NCBI GenBank assembly: GCA_965248575.1
Contig: CBDFJQ010000002.1
Coordinates: forward strand, 1,152,001-1,216,000
Source: Planctomycetota bacterium
GTDB lineage: Bacteria; Planctomycetota; B15-G4
Reading direction: 5' to 3'
Length of the DNA: 64,000 nucleotides
Shown: piece by piece, positions 17,982-26,139 of the stretch
Layout of the letters: the number at the start of each line of letters is the position of its first letter
Numbering within the stretch: the stretch's first letter is position 1
Notes under the pieces: generated by a model
The model's database searches: none
Told to the model about the DNA's origin: nothing
Seen by the model: only the letters and a program-made list of their open reading frames with translations
Program-made: the position numbers and the translations under genes

Positions 17982-19661
17982 TCAGCCGGGCGAGCCAGCC
18001 GACACTGCTCGCTCCAGGGATGCCCGCCGAGCCTGCCGGACCCGGGTGAGGGCGGCGGCGCGCACGACGACTGCCGTCGGCAGCGCACGCCCTGCGGCTG
18101 ATCGGAAGCCCCGGGCAAAGCGACCGAGATCAGTCCTTGTGACCGCCTCTGGCACATCTCCCAGCTGCCCCAGCATCCGGACCAGAGCCCCAGGGTCGTG
18201 GGCTGCCGTGCGGACCATGTTGTCCAGGTCGATAAGCAGGATCTCAGGCATCCCCACGGGAGGATTCGTCCGCAGGTCCCCCGTCCCCGCAGCTTCCCAC
18301 GGGGCGATGAGCAGGTTCTTGGTGGACATATCGTCGTGGCGAAGACCCGCTCGGGACAGCCGGCCCACCACATGCCCCACCTGCCAAGCCACCTGGTGTC
18401 GCAGGGTGGGTTCGCTACCCGGCCCCAGACGATCCGCGAAGGTTTCGAGCGAGAGGGCGTCGGGGACCTCATCCGTCACGGTGAAGGCCGAGCCATCGGG
18501 CCGCTCCAGCAGGGCCAAGGCCGTGGGCGTCGGCACTCCCTCCACCTGGCAGCGGCGCGCGGCCTTCCAGGCACTGCGCGCCTTGCCCCAACCGAGACGC
18601 GAACGAAGCGATGGATAGAAACCGTGGTCGAGATACTGCTTCACGACGCGCCCAGCCCGGGGCGCCGAGCCCTCAGGGGCAGAGCCATCCATCAGGCTGA
18701 CGCGACAACGGGGAGCATCCCCCAACAACTCCGGCCCGCCCTGGCTGACGATCTCGGCGTGGCGTCTCAGGTCAGCGCGGAACGTGTCCAGCTCATAGTG
18801 CCTGAGCCTGTGTACCCGCCCTTCGGGCAACGCTCGCCCGAGGAATTCGGTCGAGTTTCGCATGCAGCGGGCGGAACGTCCGCGCACGTAGTCGGCTTCA
18901 AAGGCCTGCAAGGCCCGACGCACATGGGGAATGAGTTCGTCGGCTCGCTCTCCTCGGGCCTGGGCGTACTCCGCGACAAAGCGCGGGGCGTCGTCCAGGT
19001 TGATCCAGGTCCGCATCGAATGCAGGAGGTGCGCGAGGTTTCCGGTGCGCATGGAGCGCGTCACCCGGGGCACCCGCCACATGGAGTGCAGGTCGATGAT
19101 CAACAGCTGATCGTCTGGCCCGAGCAGGAGATTGCCAGCGTGGAGGTCCCGGTGCCAGACGCGATGTTCGTGCAGTTGGGCCACCACCCCGGCCGCTCGC
19201 AAGGCCATGGTCCATGGATCCCGACGCCCCGCTGTGGGCAGGCTTGGGGTCGACAGGGCCTGGGACGCGGCGAGGGATTCCGCCAAGGTCTGCGCGTCTT
19301 TCACCAAACGCCCGATGAACCAGGCCTCCTTGAGCCAGACGCCCTGCCGGTGATCGGCGTATCCGAGCGGGCGCACCGTGGGTAGGCCCCACGAGCAGAG
19401 GGATTCCATGGCTCGGTATTCCCGCTCGGCACGGCCGGGAGTCACCAGGGCCCGCACGGCATCCTTGCGCTGGACACGATAGTGCTTCACGAGCAGGCCG
19501 CCAGCCACATGGGGCAGCTGCCACACGGTGCGAGGACGGTTCTGCTTGATGACGTGGCAGCCCTCGCTGGGCAGCTCTCCGCGCACGAGATCCTGGGCGA
19601 ATGCTCGCAGCTCGTCCGAGGGCGGCACCGCCCAGACCCAATCGACACGGCTCTTGGACAT
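17982..19661 (-). CDS. Lipopolysaccharide kinase (Kdo/WaaP/InaA family), two kinase domains
   Basis: LLVKHY..HRDLHAGNLLL..IIDL and VVKQY..HDDMSTKNLLI..LIDLD. Start uncertain (ATG 19661 preferred). Confidence 0.82.
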   Translation of the reverse strand: MSKSRVDWVWAVPPSDELRAFAQDLVRGELPSEGCHVIKQNRPRTVWQLPHVAGGLLVKHYRVQRKDAVRALVTPGRAEREYRAMESLCSWGLPTVRPLGYADHRQGVWLKEAWFIGRLVKDAQTLAESLAASQALSTPSLPTAGRRDPWTMALRAAGVVAQLHEHRVWHRDLHAGNLLLGPDDQLLIIDLHSMWRVPRVTRSMRTGNLAHLLHSMRTWINLDDAPRFVAEYAQARGERADELIPHVRRALQAFEADYVRGRSARCMRNSTEFLGRALPEGRVHRLRHYELDTFRADLRRHAEIVSQGGPELLGDAPRCRVSLMDGSAPEGSAPRAGRVVKQYLDHGFYPSLRSRLGWGKARSAWKAARRCQVEGVPTPTALALLERPDGSAFTVTDEVPDALSLETFADRLGPGSEPTLRHQVAWQVGHVVGRLSRAGLRHDDMSTKNLLIAPWEAAGTGDLRTNPPVGMPEILLIDLDNMVRTAAHDPGALVRMLGQLGDVPEAVTRTDLGRFARGFRSAAGRALPTAVVVRAAALTRVRQARRASLERAVSAGSPG

Positions 19662-19894
19662 GGGTGGGCTCGGGGGCGGGCGGGCCAACGCCGCGGGCCG
19701 TGCCGCAGCCGGCGGTCGCAACGTGGCCGCATGGTATCCATCCTCGGCGCTCAAGCGAGTCAGCGCTCAAGACCGCTCCGGGCCGCCCCCGCACTCTGCT
19801 CCTCGCCCTGGCCCGCCCAGCATCCAAGAGGCGTCCAAGAGGCATCCCAGCGGGAGTTATCGAACCGGGTCATTGGGCTTGCTAGCCTCAGAGT

Positions 19895-21133
19895 GTGCGG
19901 TTGGCCCTGATCTTCAAACGACTCTCGCTCCACGGCGGTTCGGAGCGCCATGTGTTCATGCTTGCCCGGGATCTCACGGGCGAGGGTCATGAGGTGCACC
20001 TCTTCTGCAGGGACCTCCAGACCACGCCCCCGACGGGGGTGTCCGTACACCGCATGCCATGGATCCCGCTCGGGCCCGGCCTCGGCCGCATTGCCTTTTC
20101 CAACTGGGCCCAGCGGGCCGTTCGGCATGTCGAACAGGTCTCCGGCCGCTTCGATATCACCCATGGCTTCGGTCGGACGGTGGGCCAGGACGTCTACCGC
20201 ATGGGTGGTGGGTGCCACGCCACCTATCTCGAACACGCCCATGCATTGGAGTACCCCTTCTGGCTCAGACGCCTCCTGCGACGAGCCCCCCTTCAGCGGC
20301 TCAAGGCATCCTTCGAATCACGCATGTTGAGCAGTGACGTCGCCCCGCACATCATCACCAACAGCCAGATGAGCAGGTCGGATGTGCTCCATCGGTACTC
20401 GGTCCCGCAACAGCACATGCACGTGGTCCGCAACGGCATCGACCTGGAGCGCTTCCGGCCCCCGGAGCACGATGAGCGGGAACGAGTGCGCGCCATGTGG
20501 GGTCTCGACGAATCCCATGACGTCCTGTTGTTCCTGGGCAGTGGCTATTCCCGCAAGGGCCTCGAAGTCCTGCTGCGGAGCGCCGCCTCGCTCGTTGCGG
20601 AGAATCCCAAGCTGCGACTCGTCGTAGGCGGCCAGGATCATCGGATGCGCCGCTGGCGTCGCCTCGCAGAGCGCCTCGGGCTCTCACACGTCGTCACCTG
20701 GCTCGGTCCGGTCTCGGAGCCCGAACTCAGCTACCGCGGTGCAGACGTCTATGTCCTGCCTACGTCCTATGACCCCGCGGCCAACAGCACGCTGGAGGCC
20801 TTGGCTAGCGGCCTGCCCGTGGTCACAAGCGCCATGAACGGCGCGTCAGAGATCCTCGACCCGGAGCTGCATGGCAGCGTGCTCGACACCCCCATTCACC
20901 CGGCGGAGTTGCGCTCGTCCCTGGTGTCGTGGCTCGAGCGTGCGGGCACGGCTGAAGTCCGCGATGCGACGCGCGCCCTGGCACGACACTTCCCCGCCAG
21001 GAGTTCCTGCAAATCGACCCTGGACGTGTACCGCGCCGTGCTTGAGGATCGGTCGACGCGCCTGCACCCCCCCGCTCCCCCATCTGGAAAGCCTCCGGCA
21101 CGACCGACTCCGGCCGGACTCAGCACCTCATGA
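19895..21133 (+). CDS. Glycosyltransferase family 4 (WaaG/RfaG-like)
   Basis: GGSER, RMGGGCH, VRNGIDLERF, LFLGSGYSRKGL, YDPAANSTLEALASGLPVVTS. Confidence 0.9.
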   Translation: MRLALIFKRLSLHGGSERHVFMLARDLTGEGHEVHLFCRDLQTTPPTGVSVHRMPWIPLGPGLGRIAFSNWAQRAVRHVEQVSGRFDITHGFGRTVGQDVYRMGGGCHATYLEHAHALEYPFWLRRLLRRAPLQRLKASFESRMLSSDVAPHIITNSQMSRSDVLHRYSVPQQHMHVVRNGIDLERFRPPEHDERERVRAMWGLDESHDVLLFLGSGYSRKGLEVLLRSAASLVAENPKLRLVVGGQDHRMRRWRRLAERLGLSHVVTWLGPVSEPELSYRGADVYVLPTSYDPAANSTLEALASGLPVVTSAMNGASEILDPELHGSVLDTPIHPAELRSSLVSWLERAGTAEVRDATRALARHFPARSSCKSTLDVYRAVLEDRSTRLHPPAPPSGKPPARPTPAGLSTS

Positions 21134-21384
21134 CTGACTACTCGGCCTACCAAAAAGGCGTCATCAAGCGCTTCTATGACAACCGGGACGCGATCGCGCT
21201 GCAGAAGCTCGCAGAGATGGTCTCGGATCTCTACGTCGAGACCTCCGCCGCCAAGCTCAAGCGCACCTGGGCGCGGGTCGAGAAGCAGATGGTCGCCGCC
21301 GGTGCTCACCCGCACCAGGCCAAGTCGATCGTGGATGACCAGGACCTGGGCACCCTCGCCAAGATCATCGGCGAACTGACCTAG
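21130..21384 (+). CDS. Small conserved hypothetical protein (Planctomycetota-type)
   Basis: YSAYQKGVIKRFYDNRDAIALQKLAEMVSDLY pattern recalled from planctomycete proteins. ATGA overlap with the GT4 gene and good codon usage. Confidence 0.75.
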   Translation: MTDYSAYQKGVIKRFYDNRDAIALQKLAEMVSDLYVETSAAKLKRTWARVEKQMVAAGAHPHQAKSIVDDQDLGTLAKIIGELT

Positions 21385-21405
21385 GGCAAACCTAGGACGC
21401 GTGGG

Positions 21406-22611
21406 TCAGCCTGCCTGCTTGGCGGCCACGTACTGCTCGAGCCCTTCAAACTGCCGATGCAGGTCGTGTTCCTTCACGTCCATGGGTGACTTGAAGAAGC
21501 ACGCAAGATGCTCCATGGGACCCGACTCGCCATCGCGCAGCGCGGCGCTCGCGAGGCGGGCCATGTCGAGCACGAGCGGTGCAGCGAGGATGGCATCACA
21601 GCCTTGCCAGACGAACTGCATGTTCATCCGGTGGTTGAGGAAACCCTCGAAGTGGATGAAGTCCCAAGCCGTCTTCCGGTCGTCCAGGGATTCCACGAAG
21701 TCGATACCCACATGGGTGTGCAGCGGGTAGCCCAGGATACCCTGCAGGACCGCATCCTTGCTGCGCACCTTGCTGGCCAGGTTGTCCTTGTGCGCCAGGA
21801 TCTGGCCGTCGCGATCCCCTAGCATGTTGTAGCCCTGCCAGCTCAAGACGTGCAGGTTGCGGACCTTGAACATGGGGGCCAGTGCGCTCTTGACCAAGGT
21901 TTCCCCGGTCTTTCCGTCATTACCCATGAAGGGCAAGCCAGACGATTGGCCGAGTTCGGCCATGGCTGGGCAAAGTGCGGCGCTCGAGGGCGTGAAGTTG
22001 ATGTACGCGCAACCTTCGCGGAAGGCAGCGTAGGCATAGATGAGGCTGGGACGCACACGCTCAGATTGGTTGTCGTCGAGCACCTGCTCGAGTTCTGCGG
22101 CGCCGCTGGGGAGCGTGTCGCTCTCGACATCCGGCTCCGTCGACGCGAGATTCACCACCACGACCCGGTCCACGCCGGCCTCCTTCCGGAAGGCCTCCAG
22201 GTCCGCGCGGACGGCGTCCACGGACTCGCGCAGGGAAAGCGCAGGCATGGTTCCGCCCTTGCTCACGATGCCCTCAATGGCGGGGCCACAGTTCACCACC
22301 GTGCCAGGTCGAATTCGCTCCGACATCTGCTCCAATTCAGGTCGCAGAGCCTGGATCATCTCGAGGTCCAGGGAGCCACTCAACTTCGCAACCTGGTATG
22401 CGCTCTCCCAGAAGTCGGAGCTGCGCACCTCATGGCCACCGAACACGATGTCCTCGAAGGCCGGCAGATCCAGGGCGTCGAACTCGGGACGCACGCTGAC
22501 AAGGCCTGTCGGCGGCACCATTCCTCTCGCGATGGCACGGGTTCCAACGGCGAGTGTCGTGCCGATGCCACCCAGGGCTCCCACCATCCAAAGACCGAGA
22601 CGCTCACTCAC
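21406..22611 (-). CDS. Inositol-3-phosphate synthase (Ino1)
   Basis: GLWMVGALGG, VVNLASTE, YINFTPS, GNDGKTGETLVKSALAPMF, NMLGDRDG, KTAWDFIHF, WQGCDAILAAPLVLD, FFKSP. Start uncertain. Confidence 0.92.
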   Translation of the reverse strand: MSERLGLWMVGALGGIGTTLAVGTRAIARGMVPPTGLVSVRPEFDALDLPAFEDIVFGGHEVRSSDFWESAYQVAKLSGSLDLEMIQALRPELEQMSERIRPGTVVNCGPAIEGIVSKGGTMPALSLRESVDAVRADLEAFRKEAGVDRVVVVNLASTEPDVESDTLPSGAAELEQVLDDNQSERVRPSLIYAYAAFREGCAYINFTPSSAALCPAMAELGQSSGLPFMGNDGKTGETLVKSALAPMFKVRNLHVLSWQGYNMLGDRDGQILAHKDNLASKVRSKDAVLQGILGYPLHTHVGIDFVESLDDRKTAWDFIHFEGFLNHRMNMQFVWQGCDAILAAPLVLDMARLASAALRDGESGPMEHLACFFKSPMDVKEHDLHRQFEGLEQYVAAKQAG

Positions 22612-22718
22612 TGTGCTGGGGTGTCCGACGGGATGAAGACCAGAGGAGGGCGGGGATTCTACGGTCCTCATCGCACAAAGTCGTGGAGAGCCGCCTCGCG
22701 GCGAGACATCATGCATGG

Positions 22719-23177
22719 ATGAAGTACGCACCCCACACCTTTGACCAGCTCGAACTCGAGACGGAGTTCGAGGTCGGGCCCCGGGTCGTCAGCCGTGGCG
22801 ACATAGACGCCTTCACGGCGGTGTCCGGTGACAAGACGGCGCTCCACACCGATGCCGACTACGCTGCGACGACCCCCCTGGGCGGATTGGTCGCTCACGG
22901 CGTCCTCAATCTGGCGGTTGCCACCGGCCTTGCCTATGAACTCGGCATCTTCGAGGGGACGGTGCTTGCCATTCGAGGCATGGACGTCAGCTACGACCGA
23001 CCCGTCTACCCCGGCGACAGCCTGACCCTGGCCCTCACCGTCTTGGAGCTCGACACCAGGCCTCGGCCAGACCGGGCGCGGGCAGCATTCGCCATTCGAC
23101 TGCGAAATCAGCATGGAAAGACCGTTTTGAGCGGCACCTGGCGGGTCCTGATGCGGCGCTCTTTCGAGGCCAGCTGA
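22719..23177 (+). CDS. MaoC-family (hot-dog fold) dehydratase
   Basis: FTAVSGDKTALHTDADYA, VAHGVL, PVYPGDSL, NQHG. Confidence 0.9.
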   Translation: MKYAPHTFDQLELETEFEVGPRVVSRGDIDAFTAVSGDKTALHTDADYAATTPLGGLVAHGVLNLAVATGLAYELGIFEGTVLAIRGMDVSYDRPVYPGDSLTLALTVLELDTRPRPDRARAAFAIRLRNQHGKTVLSGTWRVLMRRSFEAS

Positions 23178-23190
23178 TCCACTGCGGATT

Positions 23191-23215
23191 TAAGTAGCTA
23201 TTAAATAAGCACTTA
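23191..23215. promoter_or_regulatory. AT-rich inverted repeat TAAGT-N15-ACTTA, possible nucleoid-protein or regulator site
   Basis: taagt agctattaaataagc actta. Strikingly AT-rich for this window. Confidence 0.4.
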
Positions 23216-23244
23216 TACCCGTACACCCAGCAGCGCGGACCAGG

Positions 23245-23292
23245 GCCCCATATCTGGGGTTGCGTCCAAAAGCCGCCCCACATATGTTGTGC
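23245..23292. promoter_or_regulatory. Tandem NrdR-box-like palindromes
   Basis: gccCcAtATcTgGggt (23245-23260) and cccacAtATgTtGtgc (23277-23292) compared with consensus acaCwAtATaTwGtgt. Starts are 32 bp apart. Confidence 0.6.
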
Positions 23293-23356
23293 GCTAACCC
23301 ACAGCGTCGACAGGCGGTCGATCCAAGCGCTGAGGGACCTTTTGGGAGGGCAGTTC

Positions 23357-23647
23357 ATGGTTCGCAAGGAGAAATCCGCAGCGACGGCCTTTGTGGAATC
23401 GGCCGAACGCGTGGAATGGGTCGAGGTCGTGCTCCGCGATGGGCACACCTATCAGGGCAACGTCATCAGGAACCCCATCCGACGCACGGGTTCCATCGTG
23501 AACGCGCTGGATGAGACTCGATATGACTTCTCGCTCGACGAAGTTCAGGCGGTTCGACGGGTCAGCGACCCGCGCATCGCTAGCCTCGAACTGAATCGCA
23601 GCTTGGCCATGCCCATGGACGAGACGTCCACAGCTGGCCTCAGCTGA
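23357..23647 (+). CDS. Hypothetical 96-aa protein, possible Sm-like/SH3-type beta-barrel
   Basis: GGGAGG RBS before ATG 23357. VEVVLRDGHTYQGNV ... FSLDEVQAV pattern. Confidence 0.7.
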   Translation: MVRKEKSAATAFVESAERVEWVEVVLRDGHTYQGNVIRNPIRRTGSIVNALDETRYDFSLDEVQAVRRVSDPRIASLELNRSLAMPMDETSTAGLS

Positions 23648-24029
23648 GCGTCAGGAGCGAGCTCTAAACCACGATTTGATGCCCAGGACGCGGCAGGCGC
23701 CCGTCCGAGGGGCCTCGTCGCCTGATCGAACCTGATCGAACAGGCTGACCACAAAGCAGGTCTCGTCCGGCCGTGCCCCTGGGCGACCCAGGCGGCCCTG
23801 GCCTCACAACCGCTCGCGGCGCGCAAAAAGAGGGATTTCTACGCGGAAAACATCGCTTCCGTGCGTCCGCTTGGTCCGCTGTTCTCGTCTAGAGCGCCTG
23901 AGAGTGGAGCTATCTCTGATGGCTGCCTCCCACGCCGTATCTTCGAGAGTGATTCCGACTATCATGCCCGGCACACTCTCACCCAATCCGAAACACTGCC
24001 TGAATCCGACCATTCGCCTGGGGTATCGC

Positions 24030-25967
24030 ATGCGCACTGCACTTTCAGCTCTTCTCGTCGTGGCCCTCGCGGCCACCCCCGTGTTCGCGCACGGCGGCCA
24101 GTACAAAGGCCCGTCTGACGCAGGCGGTGGCAACTCCGCGAGCGGTGGCACCGTGGCTCCTCCGACCAACCCTGGTGGTGCAGCGGCCCCGGGCCCCGGT
24201 GCGGGCACGGCTGGCGCCGCAACCTCGACTGGCGCAGGTACTTCAGGTGGCCGCGGATCCCGTGGTGGCTCCGGGCGCACCAGCGCCACCACCGGCGCTG
24301 GCACGCTGTCCGACGCCAAGGGCTTCGAAGTCTGGGAGTTCTGGTGGGAGAACAACAAAGACCGCTTCCTGAACCTCAAGGACCGCCTGATCAGCAACAC
24401 GACCGTGTCCGGCGGAACCGGTGCCCTGACCGGCCGTGGCCGCAAGGTCACGCAAGGCAGTTCGCGCCGCCCCAGTGATGCGATGATCGAGAATGAGGTG
24501 ATCCCCGCTCTGCTCGAGTTGGTGAAGCAGTCCCAGGACCGCGACATCCTCGACTCGGCGATCCTTGCTCTGGGCCGGACCACCAAGCCCGGCAACGCCG
24601 ACCAGATCGTGGATGCGGCCATGCCGCTGCTGGCTCACTCCGAACTGTCCGTCCAATCGTCCACGGCCCTCACCTTGGGTGTGCTCGGCTCGCCCAAGGC
24701 AACCGAGGCACTGAAGAACGTGCTCCAGGACAACTCGGACGGCCGCCGCCTCACGGGTGGAGGTTCGGTGCACTGGTTGGTGCGCGCCTTCTCGGCTCTC
24801 TCCCTGGGCTTGATCGGTGACGCCGACTCCATGGCCACCCTGCAGGACGTGGTCGTCCGGCTCGGTGACAAGGACAAGGACATCAAGGTCTGTGCCATCG
24901 TTGCCCTCGGGCTCGTGGGCGAGGATCTCGCGGATGACGCCGCTGACTTCCTGGTGGAGCAGCTAGCCGACAAGCGCATGGATCCATTGATCGCCAGCTA
25001 CATCCCCACGTCCCTCGGCAAGCTCAATGCCACGAAGGCCGTCGGCCCCTTGTTGAACGTCTTCACCGACCGCGACTCCGACAACCTTCTCGTTCAGTCT
25101 GCTGCCATCGGCCTCGGCCAGCTGGCCGGCATCGAGAACGACGGCGTCGTGGAGGCACTGCTCGACTACGTGAAGGAAGGCAAGGATCAGCAGAGCCGCC
25201 ACTTCTCCCTCATCTCGCTCGCCCAGATCGGTGCTCGCGATGAGGATGTGGCTTCCCACGCGGAGGCTCACGAGGCCATCACGGGGCAGCTCGGCAAGGA
25301 GATCCAGGGCAAGGGCAAGAGCAAGGATCACCGCTCCTGGGCCGCTTTGGCAGGTGCCATCTACAGTCGCTCGCAGGAGGCGTCGCAGCCTGACTTCATC
25401 ACCCGCATCAAGGCTGCGTACACCAAGGAGAGCAACCCTTCCTTCAAGAGTTCCTTCGCTGTGGCCCTGGGCCTGCTGAACGACTACGCGTCGGCCGAGG
25501 ACATCTTCAATGACTTCAAGAAGCGCAAGGAGACAGACTTCCGTGGCTACGCCAGCATCGCCCTGGGTTTCATGAACTACACCGATGCGAGTGATGCCCT
25601 GCGCGGTCTCAGCCAGAACAAGGGCACCACGCCCACGCTGCGACTCCAGGCTGCAACGGGCCTTGGCCTCATGAGTGACACCCAGGCAGTGGGTACGCTC
25701 ATCGAGACCTTGAAGACGGCCAGCACCCTGGGTGTCAGCTCTGCTGTCGCCAAGGCGCTGGGTCTGATCGGTGACCGCGACTCCATCGGCCCGCTGAAGG
25801 AAGTGGCAACAGACGAGAGTCAGCAGAAGCTGACCCGCGCCTTTGCCTGTGTTGCCCTCGGCATCGTCGGCGAGAAGACCGATCTTCCCTGGAACGCCGT
25901 CATCAGCGCGAACAACAACTACCGCGCCAAGACGCCCTCCATCGAAGAGGTGCTCGACATCCTCTAG
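24030..25967 (+). CDS. Exported HEAT-repeat protein
   Basis: Signal peptide ending VFA/HGG, Gly/Ala/Thr-rich linker, WEFWWENNK, many ALALG/ALGLIG repeats. Confidence 0.85.
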   Translation: MRTALSALLVVALAATPVFAHGGQYKGPSDAGGGNSASGGTVAPPTNPGGAAAPGPGAGTAGAATSTGAGTSGGRGSRGGSGRTSATTGAGTLSDAKGFEVWEFWWENNKDRFLNLKDRLISNTTVSGGTGALTGRGRKVTQGSSRRPSDAMIENEVIPALLELVKQSQDRDILDSAILALGRTTKPGNADQIVDAAMPLLAHSELSVQSSTALTLGVLGSPKATEALKNVLQDNSDGRRLTGGGSVHWLVRAFSALSLGLIGDADSMATLQDVVVRLGDKDKDIKVCAIVALGLVGEDLADDAADFLVEQLADKRMDPLIASYIPTSLGKLNATKAVGPLLNVFTDRDSDNLLVQSAAIGLGQLAGIENDGVVEALLDYVKEGKDQQSRHFSLISLAQIGARDEDVASHAEAHEAITGQLGKEIQGKGKSKDHRSWAALAGAIYSRSQEASQPDFITRIKAAYTKESNPSFKSSFAVALGLLNDYASAEDIFNDFKKRKETDFRGYASIALGFMNYTDASDALRGLSQNKGTTPTLRLQAATGLGLMSDTQAVGTLIETLKTASTLGVSSAVAKALGLIGDRDSIGPLKEVATDESQQKLTRAFACVALGIVGEKTDLPWNAVISANNNYRAKTPSIEEVLDIL

Positions 25968-26001
25968 GGGCAAGCGCCCTTCAACGATGTCGTGCTTCAC
26001 G

Positions 26002-26048
26002 AAGCGGGGCCGAGTTCAGCGCATGCGGACTCGGCCCCGCTTTCGTTT
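26002..26048 (+). terminator. Rho-independent terminator hairpin
   Basis: aagcggggccgagt...actcggccccgctt followed by tcgttt, 35 bp after the HEAT gene stop. Confidence 0.8.
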
Positions 26049-26139
26049 GCGCCGAATCGCGCACGACGACTGGGCATCCTGGACGAGACGCGCAACGCAC
26101 AGCCCATCTGGCTCGCGTTGAAGACTCCGAGGAACGCGC

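Noticed and set aside
13717..18618. 1019-aa and 606-aa plus-strand ORFs
   Set aside because: Antisense shadows of the amidohydrolase and kinase genes, with no motifs
23178..23356. Possible replication origin in the AT-rich intergenic region
   Set aside because: No convincing TTATCCACA DnaA boxes and no dnaA/dnaN/parAB nearby
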